NCBI GenBank assembly: GCA_963575745.1
Contig: CAUYUJ010000225.1
Span: forward strand, 124,001-188,000
From: Prorocentrum cordatum
Taxonomy: Eukaryota
Direction of reading: 5' to 3'
DNA length: 64,000 nucleotides
Position numbers and translations under genes: made by a program. This document shows, piece by piece, positions 23,100 to 33,659 of this stretch. The notes under the pieces are model-generated. The model did no database searches, had not been told where the DNA came from, and saw nothing but the letters and a program-made list of their open reading frames with translations. Every line of letters starts with the position of its first letter. The first letter of the stretch is position 1.

Positions 23100-24850
23100 G
23101 AGGGAGAAAGAGGAGACAAAGGAGGTGGGCTCCTGAGACGAGAGGGACACTGCGCATCAAATTGTGGTTCCCCAAACCCTGAAGCCTGTCGTGGGAGCTC
23201 TTTGGGGCCCCCTGGGTGTGTCTTGTGGCGCCTTTGTGTCTTTGGGGAGCTTGGATATGAGTCTCAGATCTGGGGCCCTTCAGAAGGCAGCGGAGAAGGA
23301 AGACAGCGAACTACAGGAGAGAGAGGAGCAGGAGGAGGAAGAGCAAGAGGAAGCCTTGTCGTAGGCCCGTGGTGGGGTCTTCTTGGACCGTCCAGGAGTC
23401 TCGTGGGTTCTTCTGGGGAGCTGGTGATAACAGTCTGGGGTCTGGGGTGTGTTTTAGTTCTCGCGAGTGTTCCGTGGGCTCCTGAGACGAAAGGAGAACT
23501 GCGCATCAAATTGTGGTTCCCCGGACCTTGGAAGCCTATCGTGGGCCCTCTTCGGGGCCCCCTTGGTCTGTCTTGGCCCCCCTGGTTGCTTTTGGGGAGC
23601 TTGTGATAACAGTCTGTGGTCGGGGGCTTTTGACGAGGCAGCGGAGGAGGAAGACAACGAGCTACAGGAGGAGCAAGAGGAGCAGGAGGATAAAGAGCCA
23701 GAGGAGGAGGAGCAGCAGAGGGAGGTGGGGAGGAGATTTCCGAAGAATTGGTGTCGAGAGTTAGGTTGGAACCTTCTTGGACTTTCTTGGGGATGTCTTC
23801 AGAGCCTCGAAGGAGCAGGAGGAGGAGGATCAGGAGAAAACCTCCTGAGAAAATGAGTATCAGTTTTCGTATCCCGGAGTCGGTGGAGGCAAATGAGGAG
23901 AGGGCGATGGAGGAGGAGGAGGAGGAGGAGGAGGAGGACGAGGAGGAGAGTGAAGGCGACGAGTTCGAGGGAAGAAGGAGGTTGAGGAGGGGGTGAGGGG
24001 CAGAGAGGGGGAAACGGAGGAGGAGGAGGTGGAGAAGGACGAGACATGGGCTGTCGGACGTCCGAGTAGGTCATGCCGAGAGTTATCTTGGAACCCTCTT
24101 GGGCTCTAGTGGGGATGTCTGCAGGGCCTCATGTGCCGTCTCATGTGCCGTCTTGGGGCGAGCTTGAGAAGAACTAGGGGCGATGGGGGGGGCCGCTCAG
24201 GTCAATCAGAGTGTAATGAATTTGACGGCTCTAAGACTGAATGGAGCTCCTGTTGGTGCTTTTGTATACCATCGGAGGGCCTTCTTGGGCTGTCCTGCGG
24301 CCCTCGTGGGCTGTCTGGTGGGGCTTGGGCCGTCCTGGGGCCGTGTTGGGGCTCTCTCGGGCCCTCTCTGAAGCATCCCGTGGCTCTGTTGGGGCCCTCT
24401 TGGATGTCTTTTAGGGGTCTTTTGGGCGCTCACTGGCTTTCTTGGCGCTTTATTGGCCCATCTTGGGGCCCCATTGGGCCGCCTGGAGGCCATCTCGGGG
24501 CGACCTCGGAAGCTCGCAGACCATTCTTCGGCCGTTCGTGGCCAGAAAAAGCGAGAAGCACAGAGTCGTTCAAAAACCAATGGAAAATTAAGGTGTTTGG
24601 CCTGCTGAGGCCGTATTGGAGGTCTTTGCGGGGGCATCCTGGGCCGTCTTGAGCCCATGTTTAATCCTGTTGGAGCACTCTGGGGCCGTCTTGGGGCCTC
24701 TTGGGCCTTGCAGAGGACGTCTCGGAAGTGCCTTCTGCTGTCTTGGGCTCCCGATGTAGGCCTCGTGTCGCTCTCTTCGGGATATTTTGGGCCGTCTCGA
24801 AGCATTGTGGGGCTCTCTTGAGGGCCTGTGGGGTTCATGTGGGGTCCATG
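23100..24850. repeat. Degenerate GGGGCCCTCTTG-type interspersed repeat with (GAG)n tracts and a ~350-bp internal duplication
   Basis: gggctcctgagacg...ctgcgcatcaaattgtggttcccc occurs at ~23127 and ~23476. Related motifs occur at ~580-790 and, inverted, at ~63600-64000. Confidence 0.65.
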
Positions 24851-24914
24851 TGGGGGGGGGGTCGGTGACATGCCGGGTTTTTCCTTGTAATTTGATGGGT
24901 AGAAGGAATATATG

Positions 24915-25064
24915 CATGTATGTATGTATGTATGTATGTATGTATGTATGTATGTATGTATGTATGTATGTGTGTATGTGTGTATGCATATATGTATGTA
25001 TGTTTGTATGTATGTATGTATGTATGTATGTATGTACATATACACACATATACATATTTACATA

Positions 25065-25118
<54 letters not shown>
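24915..25118. repeat. (TATG)n followed by (TA)n microsatellite
   Basis: Direct reading of the sequence. Confidence 0.95.
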
Positions 25119-25119
<1 letters not shown>

Positions 25120-25689
25120 CCACGCGCGCTTCGCGCGCGCTTAGGTTCTGTCGCAACCCGTGGCGCTGTGATGACACGAAGGTCGGGCTTGCGGACGACC
25201 CGCGGCCAGAGAAGAGCTGCGGTCGTCACGGGCAGGTTATGGGATGTCGCAGGCGTCCTCGGATTGGCCTTAAGGCTGTTTAGGCGCTGTCCTGAAGGGA
25301 GAGGGGGGGCAGGGTGTCTTTGGCCTCAGCTGCGCTGTCCAGGATTGCCAGAAAAGGTGTCACGACGCGCAAGTCTTGGCTTGCGGTCTCGTCGGGAAGA
25401 GGGCACTGACTGGCTTGCGGATGCAATGTCGAGGCCGTAATGTATAATGATCTTTGGGTGACCTCATATATGTCATTGGATTGGCGTTGGCGCTGTGTTG
25501 GGGAAACGGGAGCTTTGTAACACGTAAAAGCATTATATTCAAATGTGTTTGCACGATGTGATGTGCTTTCCTTTTTTTTCCTGTGGTCCCCCTTCCCTTT
25601 GCTAGCGATGGCCACCGCCGCGCGCAATTTGCAGGGTGGGCCAGCGCCGCGCCCAGGCCTCTCTCCGGCGCGCAGGAGCAGGAGCCACG

Positions 25690-28600
25690 TCAATCCGCCC
25701 GTAGCCAAATGAACAGGTCGCCCTCAGGAGACCGCTCCACGCGCAGCTCGGCGTCGCGGAACGTCGTGAGCATGGCGACGCCCCCGGGCGGGGCGGCCTG
25801 GGCCACGGGCAGGGGCAGTGCCGGCAGGCCCGGCGTGCTCGACTGGAGCGCGCCGCTGAGAAAAGCAATGCTCACGACGACGTCCGAGACCGGCGTCGCG
25901 GACGCCTCGAGGAGCACCCGGGCGCCGCCGGGGACGAACGGCGGCGCGAGCGCCAGGGCGGCCAGCAGCCCGGCGCCCCGCGGGGCGAGCTCCACGGCGT
26001 AGGAGGCCTTCGCCGGCCTGCCGGGCAGGGCGACCTGAAGGAGGAGGAGGAGGAGGAGGAGGAGGAGGAAGAGGAGAGGAGGAGGAGGAGGGAGGAGGAG
26101 GAGAGGAGGAGGGGAGGAGGAGAGGGGAGGAGGTGGAGGAGGCGGAGGAGGGAGCGACCTGGGAGTGCCACTCCTGGGTCACCTCGCCGCACTCCAGCAG
26201 CGGCAGCGAGCCGAGCCGGGGCAGCACCGCAGCGTCCGACCACAGCAGGCGCCACCTCCCCACCAAGGAGCTCGCGATCTGGGGTTCCGCGCCGCCGGAC
26301 CTCCCGGCATCGACGGGGCCCAGCGCCTCAAGCTCGCACACGCACGCCATGACCTCGGCCTGGCACTCGTCCGACACGGCCCCGAGGCCGCGGTTGAGCC
26401 CCGCCGCGCACCGCAGCAGCCGCTCCCGCAGCGCGAAGCGGGCGCCCGACAGCATCCCTGGGTACCAAGGCGTGCCTGGCTCGCCACGGACGAACCGGCT
26501 CACCTGGGACACGAGGGCGCCGATGGAGTCCTCAGGGGGGGGTATTTTTTTGTTCCCCCTCGTGTTTCCCCCCCCCCCCCCCCCCTCGGGGGGGAGGTCT
26601 TTATTTGTTTTTCCCTCGGAGATTTTTTCCCCTCTCAGAGTCTATGTTTTTTTCCCTCGGGTATGTTTTTGTTTCCCTCGGGTCTTTTTTACCCCCCCCC
26701 TCTCGGGTGGGGGGCCGGCAGGGCTGGGGGAGGACAAGGGCCTCGAGGCTGTTTTCCCCTCTCCGGGGGGGGTCGCGAAGGGCGAACCGGGGAGGCCTAG
26801 GGGTGTCATGGCGTCGGGGTGTTAGGGGCTTCGGGTCTCAGGGTCTCGGGGTATGAGGGCCTTTGGGTCTTAGGGCTGAGGGTGTAGGGTCATAGGGTAT
26901 TAGGGTCTTAAGGTCTTAGGGCCCTTGGGTGTTAGGCTCTGAGGATTTGTGGGTATGAAAGTATCAGAGTCTGACTGCGTTGTGGTCTTAGGGTGTTAAG
27001 GCATCGAGGTATTCGGGTATGCACGTATTCGGGTATCAACCCCTTAGGGTATGAGGGCGTTCGGATCTTCGGGTCTTCAGATGTCTGGCCTCAAGGTCTT
27101 ATGTTGCTTGGGCTTTAAAGCCATCGGGCGATAGGGTATCATGATATTGCTGTGTGTTGTGCGTTCGCGTGCTAGGGCCTTAGAGTATTGGTGTATCAGG
27201 GTATTACGGTATTCGGTATCATCAGGGTCTCAGGGTGTTCGGGAATTATCAGTGCATCAGGGCACTAGGGTGTTAGGGTATGGTGGTATGCGGGTATGAA
27301 GGTACTCGCGTGTTAAGGTATTCGACAATTGATATGTTAGGGCCTCAGGGTATTAGGGCATTCGTGTATTAGGGTGTTCGCGTGGTAGTGTATTCAAGTA
27401 TTACGGTGTTCGGGTGTTCAGGTGTTCGGGCATGAAGGTATTAAGGTTTCAGGAGTTAGGGTACTAGGGTATCAGGGTAGGGGATGATGGTGTTAAACCA
27501 TCAGGGTATTAGGGTCTTAGGGTTTTGAGGTATTAGGGTAGTAGGGCTCTAAAGTGTCAGGGTCTTGGGGTCGAAAGGTCTTAGGGTCTTAGGGTCTTAC
27601 GGCATGGAGGTGTTAGGGTATGAAAATATTAGGGTCTGTGGGTCTTAATGTGCTGGTGTATGGTGGCATCCGGGTGATATGGTATGATGGTATGAAGGTA
27701 TTCATGTGTTAGGGTATTAAGGTATTCGGGCATTAAGGCATTAGGGTGTTAGGTTTTGGGGTATGAGGGCCTTCGGGTGTTTGGGTGTTAGGGCTTGAGC
27801 GCATTAGGGTCTTAGGGTGTTAAGGTCTTACGGCTCTAGGGTGCTAGGGTCTTCGGGTCTTAGGGTCGTTGGGTGCTAGGGTCCTATGGTCGCTCGTCTT
27901 ATGGAATTGAGGTATTAAGGTCGTCGGGTATTATGGGACTAAGGGCTTCAAGGTATTACTGCGTTGTGGTACTAGGGTGTTAAGTGCATTCTGGTATTGT
28001 GGTATTGGTGGTATCATGGTATTCGGGTACTATGGTGTTAGGGCATCGCGGAATTAGGGCCTTAGGGTGTTAGGGTCTTGGGGCTCTAGGGTGTTAGGGT
28101 CTGAGGGTTTTTGGGTGTGAGGGCCAGCCTTATGATATTTAGATACTAATTTGTTCGGGTATTAGCGCATTGTGGTATTAAGGTGTTAGGGTCTTATAAT
28201 ATTAGGGCATTCGGGTATTTGGGTGTTAGGGTCTTAGGGTGTTAAGGTGGTAAGGGTCCTCAGGTTTTAAGGTGTTAGAGTCTTAGGGCCTTCGTAATTT
28301 AGAGTGTTAGGGTGTCCGGGTGGTAGGGTCTTAGGGTGTCAGGGTCTTAGGGCCTTAGGGTCTTAGGTGGCACTTTAGGGTCTTAGGGTCTTCGGGACTT
28401 GAGGTGTTCCGGTGTTAAGGCCATAGGGTATCAGGGTATTCGGGTCTTAGGGTGTTAATGTCTGAGGGTAATCTGGTACTAGGGTCTTGAGGTCTTAGTC
28501 TGAGGGTCTTAATGTGTTATGGCCTTGGACACTCGGTTCTTAGGGTCTTAAGGTTTCAAGGTTTTACGGCGTTGTGGTACTAGGGTGTTAAGGCATTGTG

Positions 28601-30468
28601 GTAGTATGGCATTGGTGGTATCATGGTAGTAAGGTATTATGGTGTTAGAGCATCACGGTATTAGGGCCTTACGGTGTTAGGGTGTTGGGGCTCTAGGGCT
28701 CTAGGGTGTTAGGGTGTTGGGGTCTGAGGTTTTTTGGGGGTGAGGGTCACATTCAGGCATTCGGGTATTAGGGTGTTAAGCTATTACGGCCTTTGGGTGT
28801 TAAGGTGGTAAGGGTCCTGAGGTGTCAAAGCGTCAGGGTATTATGGCCTTTGGGCCTTACGGTGTTAGGGTGTCCGGGTGGTAGGGTCTTAGGGTGGTAG
28901 GGTCCTAGGGCCTTAATTTCTTGGGGTGTTAGGTTCTCAGGGTCCCATGGTTTTAAGAGATTAGGGTCTTGTGGATTTGGCACTTTAGAGACTTACAACC
29001 CCGTGCGAAAAGCAACTGGGGTTTTCGTGCACACCTCCCCCCCCCCCCCACCCCCCAATTTCAATGTTCAACGCGGGGTCGATTTTTTTTTTTTTTCGAA
29101 CTTCGCTGGTCGCACGATGAAAATTGAAATTCGGGGGCCGGGGGGCTCACCAAACCCCAGTTGCTTTTCGCACGGGGTTGTAGGATCTTATGGTCTTAGG
29201 GTGTTCGGGCCTTAAGGTCGTCGGGTCTTGAAGCGTTCCGGTGTTAGGGCCGTAGGGTATCAGGACCTTAAGGTCTTAGGGTGTTGATGTCTTAGGGTAA
29301 GATGGTACTAGGATCTTGGGGTCTTCGAGTCTGAGGGCCTTAGGGTGTTTTGGTCTTAGGGTATTCGGTTCCTACGCCCTCAGGGCTTCAAAGTGTTCCC
29401 GAGTTGTTGTACTAGGGGGTTAAGGCATTGTGGTAGTATGGTATTGGTGGTATCATGATAATATGGTATTCTGGTGTTCAGCCATCACGGCATTGGGGCC
29501 CTCGTGTGTTAGGGTCTTGGGGCTCTACGGTGTTAGGGTCAGAGGGTCTTAGGGGGGTTGGGTGTGAGGGCTTTGTGGTACTGGTGTATTGAGTCATTCG
29601 GGTTTTAAGGTGCTAGCGCATTGTGGCATTAAAGTGTTAGGTTCTTATAAGGTGAGGGCATTCGTGTCTTAGGTTGTTAGGGTATTACGGCCTTTGAGTG
29701 TTAAGGTGGTAAGGGTCCTGAGGTGTTAAGGTGCTAAGAGTATTAGACCTTTGGGCCTTACGGTGTTAGGGTGTCCGGGTGGTAGGGTGTTAAGGTATGA
29801 GGATATTAGCGTGTTAGGTTCTCAGGGTCCTATGGTTTTAGGATGTTAGGGTCTTATGGGTTTTGCGCTTTAGGGTCTCAGAGTCTTACGGTCTTAGGGT
29901 GTTCGGGCCTTAAGGTCTTCGGGTCTTGAAGCGTTCCGGTGTCAGGGCCGTAGGGCATCAGGGCCTTAGGGTGTTGATGTCTTAGGGTAAGAATGGTACT
30001 AGGGTCTTGGCGTCTTAGAATCTGAGGATGTTATGGTCTTGAGGTATTAAGTTCATAGGGTCTTAGGGTGTTGGGGCATTATATCATCATAGTACTCAGG
30101 CATTCGAGGATTAGGGTCTTAGATTGTTTTGGTCTTAGGGTCTTCGGATCATGGGGTATTAGGACCTTTTGGCCTTAAGGCCTTAGGGTGTTATGGTCTT
30201 AGGGTACCAGGGTCTGGGGGTCTTAGGGTTTGTAGGTGTTCTGATCTTTGGGTGTTTTTTCCGCGTGGGAGCGCGCAAAGGGTCCGAATGATCACCATCA
30301 CCGAATCATCATCATCGTCATCATCATCATCATCATCGTCATCATCATCACCATCATCATCATCACCATCATCACCACTATCACCATCATCCTCAGCATC
30401 ATCATGGTCGACGGCATCGTTATGACATCACCATCATCATCCTAATCATCATCCTCATCATCATCGTT

Positions 30469-30511
<43 letters not shown>

Positions 30512-31078
30512 ACACCATTCTCAATTATTATGTTGTTCACCCCTCGCGAGAACGGCATCCGCTGCCCCCTCGAACGAAAGCCGCCGAGCATGCTGGACTG
30601 GCGCGGTGACGGGACTTTCCGCAGGCAGCTCGAGACTTACACATCCGCTACACGGATGGAAGGCGGATCTTTCCAAGACGGGGCTTTGGACTGAGTGGCA
30701 GGCCGATGGGGCGTTACCTTTGAAGGGAGCGCTTCCCGCAATGCAAATGGAACGTTTGCATGAGGATTCTACGGAAGGGTCTTGGGACAGGAGGGTATTG
30801 CAGAATCCTTGATGCATCCTGGGTTTACTCTGATCCTTCTCCTCCTCCTTCCCCGCCTCCTCTCTCATTTCTTTCGCCCTCTATTTCCCTCCATCCTCAT
30901 CCTAGCTCACACTCCCTAGCTCCAAGCCCGTGGTCCCTACGTATGGCTCCTGGCTCCTGCCGATGCTCAGGCTACAGCGTCTGTTCCTGTGACCTGTCAA
31001 TGTTGCTGTTACTGCTACTCGCACTGATGCAGTTCCTCCTCCTCCTCCATCATCATCATCAGCATCATCATCATCGCA

Positions 31079-31130
<52 letters not shown>

Positions 31131-31140
31131 CCATCACCAC

Positions 31141-31187
<47 letters not shown>

Positions 31188-31191
31188 CCAC

Positions 31192-31228
<37 letters not shown>

Positions 31229-31299
31229 GTCGCCATCATCATCGCCACGACCACCATCATTATCATCATCACCACCACCATCATCATCATCACCCCCAC

Positions 31300-31337
<38 letters not shown>

Positions 31338-31560
31338 CCATCATCACCATCATCACCCTCACCATCACCATCATCGTCATCATCATAATCAGCATCATGG
31401 TTTCCATTATCATTATCACCGTCCTCATAATCATCATCATGGTCATCATCATCCTCGTCGTCCTTATCAGCATCAGCATCAGCATCAGCATCAGCATCAG
31501 CATCATAATCAGCATCACCATCACCATCACCATCACCATCACCATCACCATCACCATCAC

Positions 31561-31598
<38 letters not shown>

Positions 31599-31650
31599 CC
31601 ATCATCATCATCAGCATCAGCATCAGCATCAGCATCAGCATCAGCATCAG

Positions 31651-31687
<37 letters not shown>

Positions 31688-33580
31688 TTCATCATCACCA
31701 TCAACACCATCATGTTCATGCGCTGGCAGCACAATATGTGCTGGAAGCGAGACGGCACGTTCTGGCGCTGCCTGGCCTCCCCCCCTGGGGGGGCCCACCT
31801 GGGACCCCCCCGGCGATAGCCCCAGGCAATTCCTCCCCCTCCCATGGCCCCTCTCTGGGGCCTTCCTTGCACCCCCCCGCCCTGTCCCCTGCCCCCCCCC
31901 CCTCCCGAGGAACAAAAAAAAAAAGCTAGAGGGGGAAAAAAAAAAAACGCCTCCGAGGGGGAACAAAAACAGCTTCGACGCCCCTGGGCCCCTCCCCTGG
32001 CCCCCCCCCCGAGAGGGAAACAAAAACGACTCGAGGGACCCCCAAAAAGCCTCCGAGGAGGAACAAAAACAACAGACTCGATGCCCCCAGGCCGCCCCCC
32101 ACCGCCGAGGGAACAAAAAAAAAGACAAGCCCGAGTCCTCACTGCCGCCGAGGCCGTTGGGGAGGTCCAGGGGCGTGGTGTGCCCGCCCTCCAGCCGCGC
32201 CCGTTCCACCGTCGCGCCCTCCGGCGCCGCTGGCGGCATCGGGGCCTCCAGCTCCGGCTCCGCCGGTTCGGTCTCGGCGTCCAGCTCGAAGTCCACAGAC
32301 TCGCCCCACCAGCCCAGCTCGCTCAGCTCGCCCCACTCCTCGTCGCCCCAGTTGTCCTCGCCGTACGCCTCCTCGAACGCTGCCTCCATGGCCTGGTCGA
32401 GCGCCTCGTCCAGGGCCGAGCGGCCCGCACCCTCCTGCGTCGGGAGCGGGAGCTCCTCGCACTCGAAGGTGGACAGGAACCAGGGCGTCTCGTCCAGCGC
32501 GTCGTCCGCGAACTCGACGAGCAGTGTGCGCGGGGCCAGCGCGTCGACCCTGCGCAGCCGCCGGGCCAGCTCCCGGCGCGAGGGCCGGAACACGCGCCGG
32601 CCCACCGCGAAGTCGCCGAGCGACAGCGCCGCCTGCGCCAGGAGCCTCGCCGCGTCCCGCGCTGCCGCCGCGGTGCCCGGGCTGGCCCCGCGCGCCCCCA
32701 GCAGGCCGCGGGCGGCGGCCTCGAGCCCGCCCGCCAGGCGGCGCTCGCCGAGGAGCCTGCGCGCCACCAGGCGGGCCAGCTCCGCCGCTGGCGCCACGGG
32801 CCACGGCGGCGGCGCTGGGATGGCGGCTGGGATGACGTCGGAGATGGGCCGCTGGTTGAGGCCCAGGAGCACGTTGCCCGTGCACGTCCGGCGCTCCGCG
32901 AGGAGGAGCACGAGCGCCCCGCCCAGCGAGTGGCCGACGCAGTACAGCGGCAGTCCTGTCAGCCGGACGCCCCTGCGGCCCGCCAGCTCCAGCACTGCCG
33001 CGTCCAGCGCGTCCGCCGCTTGAGCGGCGCTCTCCTCCAAGTCGGACGTGACCTTGTAGGGAGTCGCCACGACGGCCGCCGAGGACTCCGCCGCCAGCCC
33101 CTCCAGGAAGCTGCGGTAGAACAGCGCTGGCGCCGCCCCTGCGCCGGCTGCCCCCACGAAGTGGACCAGGGCGGACGGCGGCCCGCGGGGCAGCAGCACG
33201 CTGCAGCCCCCCGCCGTCTGCCACGCGGGCTCGTCCTTGGCTGCGGGGACCTCCTCGGCCCACTCGTCCTCCTCGCCGCCCTCCTCCCGGAGGCCCCCGC
33301 TCGGCTGGGGCCCGCTCTGCCCGGGCCCCAGGGCGGCGCGGGCAGCCCCGGAGGGCCCGCGGCGGCCGCCGCTGCGGCCCGCGCGCCGCGCAGGCGCAGC
33401 GCCGCGGCGCCCGCAGCGCGGCGCGCGGGCGATGCCGGCCCCGAAGGCGAGCGCGCTTGTGGCGGCCACCGCGCCCGCCGCGGCCGCCGCGGCCGAGGCG
33501 CCGCGCCGCTCGGCGGCGGGGCATCCCGCAAGCGGGCCGCCTCCGTGGGCACGCGGCGCCGGCGCGTGCGGCAGCATCAT
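25690..33580 (-). CDS. Spliced gene, ~719 aa: DUF1350-type alpha/beta hydrolase fused to a PAP/fibrillin domain, probably plastid-targeted. Exons 33580-32138, 26530-26159, 26034-25690
   Basis: Exon 1 carries DUF1350-like motifs (LVHFVGAAGAGAAPALFYRSFLEGL, VATPY, LPLYCVGHSLG, LLVEFADDALDET, LEGGHTTP). Exons 2-3 carry fibrillin motifs (LLRCAAGLNRGL, LVGRWRLLWS, LTTFRDAELRVERSPEGDLFIW). Exon lengths are 1443, 372 and 345 bp, and the exons join in phase 0 without stops. Confidence 0.82.
26035..26158 (-). other. Intron 2 (124 bp, GT-AG), CCT-rich, bounded by an 8-bp direct repeat
   Basis: Donor CCCAG|GTCGC and acceptor TTCAG|GTCGC. Removal joins WHSQ to VALPGRPAKASYAVELAP in frame. Confidence 0.88.
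26795..30240 (+). repeat. Degenerate telomere-like satellite (TTAGGGTC/TTAGGGTG/TTAGGGTA octamers) with higher-order periodicity
   Basis: Hundreds of TTAGGGTN-like units. The marker gttgtggtactagggtgttaag or close variants recur at ~26980, ~27963, ~28571 and ~29403. Confidence 0.9.
28996..29180. mobile_element. 185-bp MITE, Tc1/mariner-type (TA TSD)
   Basis: Perfect 29-bp TIR CAACCCCGTGCGAAAAGCAACTGGGGTTT, with TA at 28994-28995 and 29181-29182. Confidence 0.93.
30290..30515. repeat. (CAT)n microsatellite
   Basis: Direct reading of the sequence. Confidence 0.95.
31048..31712. repeat. (CAT)n/(CATCAG)n/(CATCAC)n compound microsatellite
   Basis: Direct reading of the sequence. Confidence 0.95.
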
Positions 33581-33649
33581 CGCCGGCGCGTGCGGCCGTG
33601 GCGCTGCCCGGGGGGCTGCCTGCGGGGAGCCCTCGCTGCGGGCGCTGCG

Positions 33650-33659
33650 CTTGAGCCAA
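33650..33659 (-). other. Truncated spliced-leader relic upstream of the DUF1350-fibrillin gene
   Basis: TTGGCTCAAG equals the last 10 nt of DinoSL. It lies ~70 nt upstream of the ATG, exactly where low-complexity DNA changes to GC-rich genic sequence. Confidence 0.7.

Larger units (their letters stand above)
26535..32132. mobile_element. 5.6-kb non-autonomous TIR element with 9-bp TSD (MULE/foldback-like) forming intron 1
   Basis: GAGTCCTCA is duplicated at 26526-26534 and 32133-32141. The ends GGGGGGGGTATTTTTTTGTTCCCCCTCG and CGAGGGAACAAAAAAAAAGACAAGCCC are imperfect inverted repeats with reiterated subterminal TTTTGTTCCCTCG motifs. Confidence 0.85.

Noticed and set aside
26795..30240. True telomere or chromosome end
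   Set aside because: The repeats are degenerate octamers, internal, and enclosed within a TSD-flanked element.
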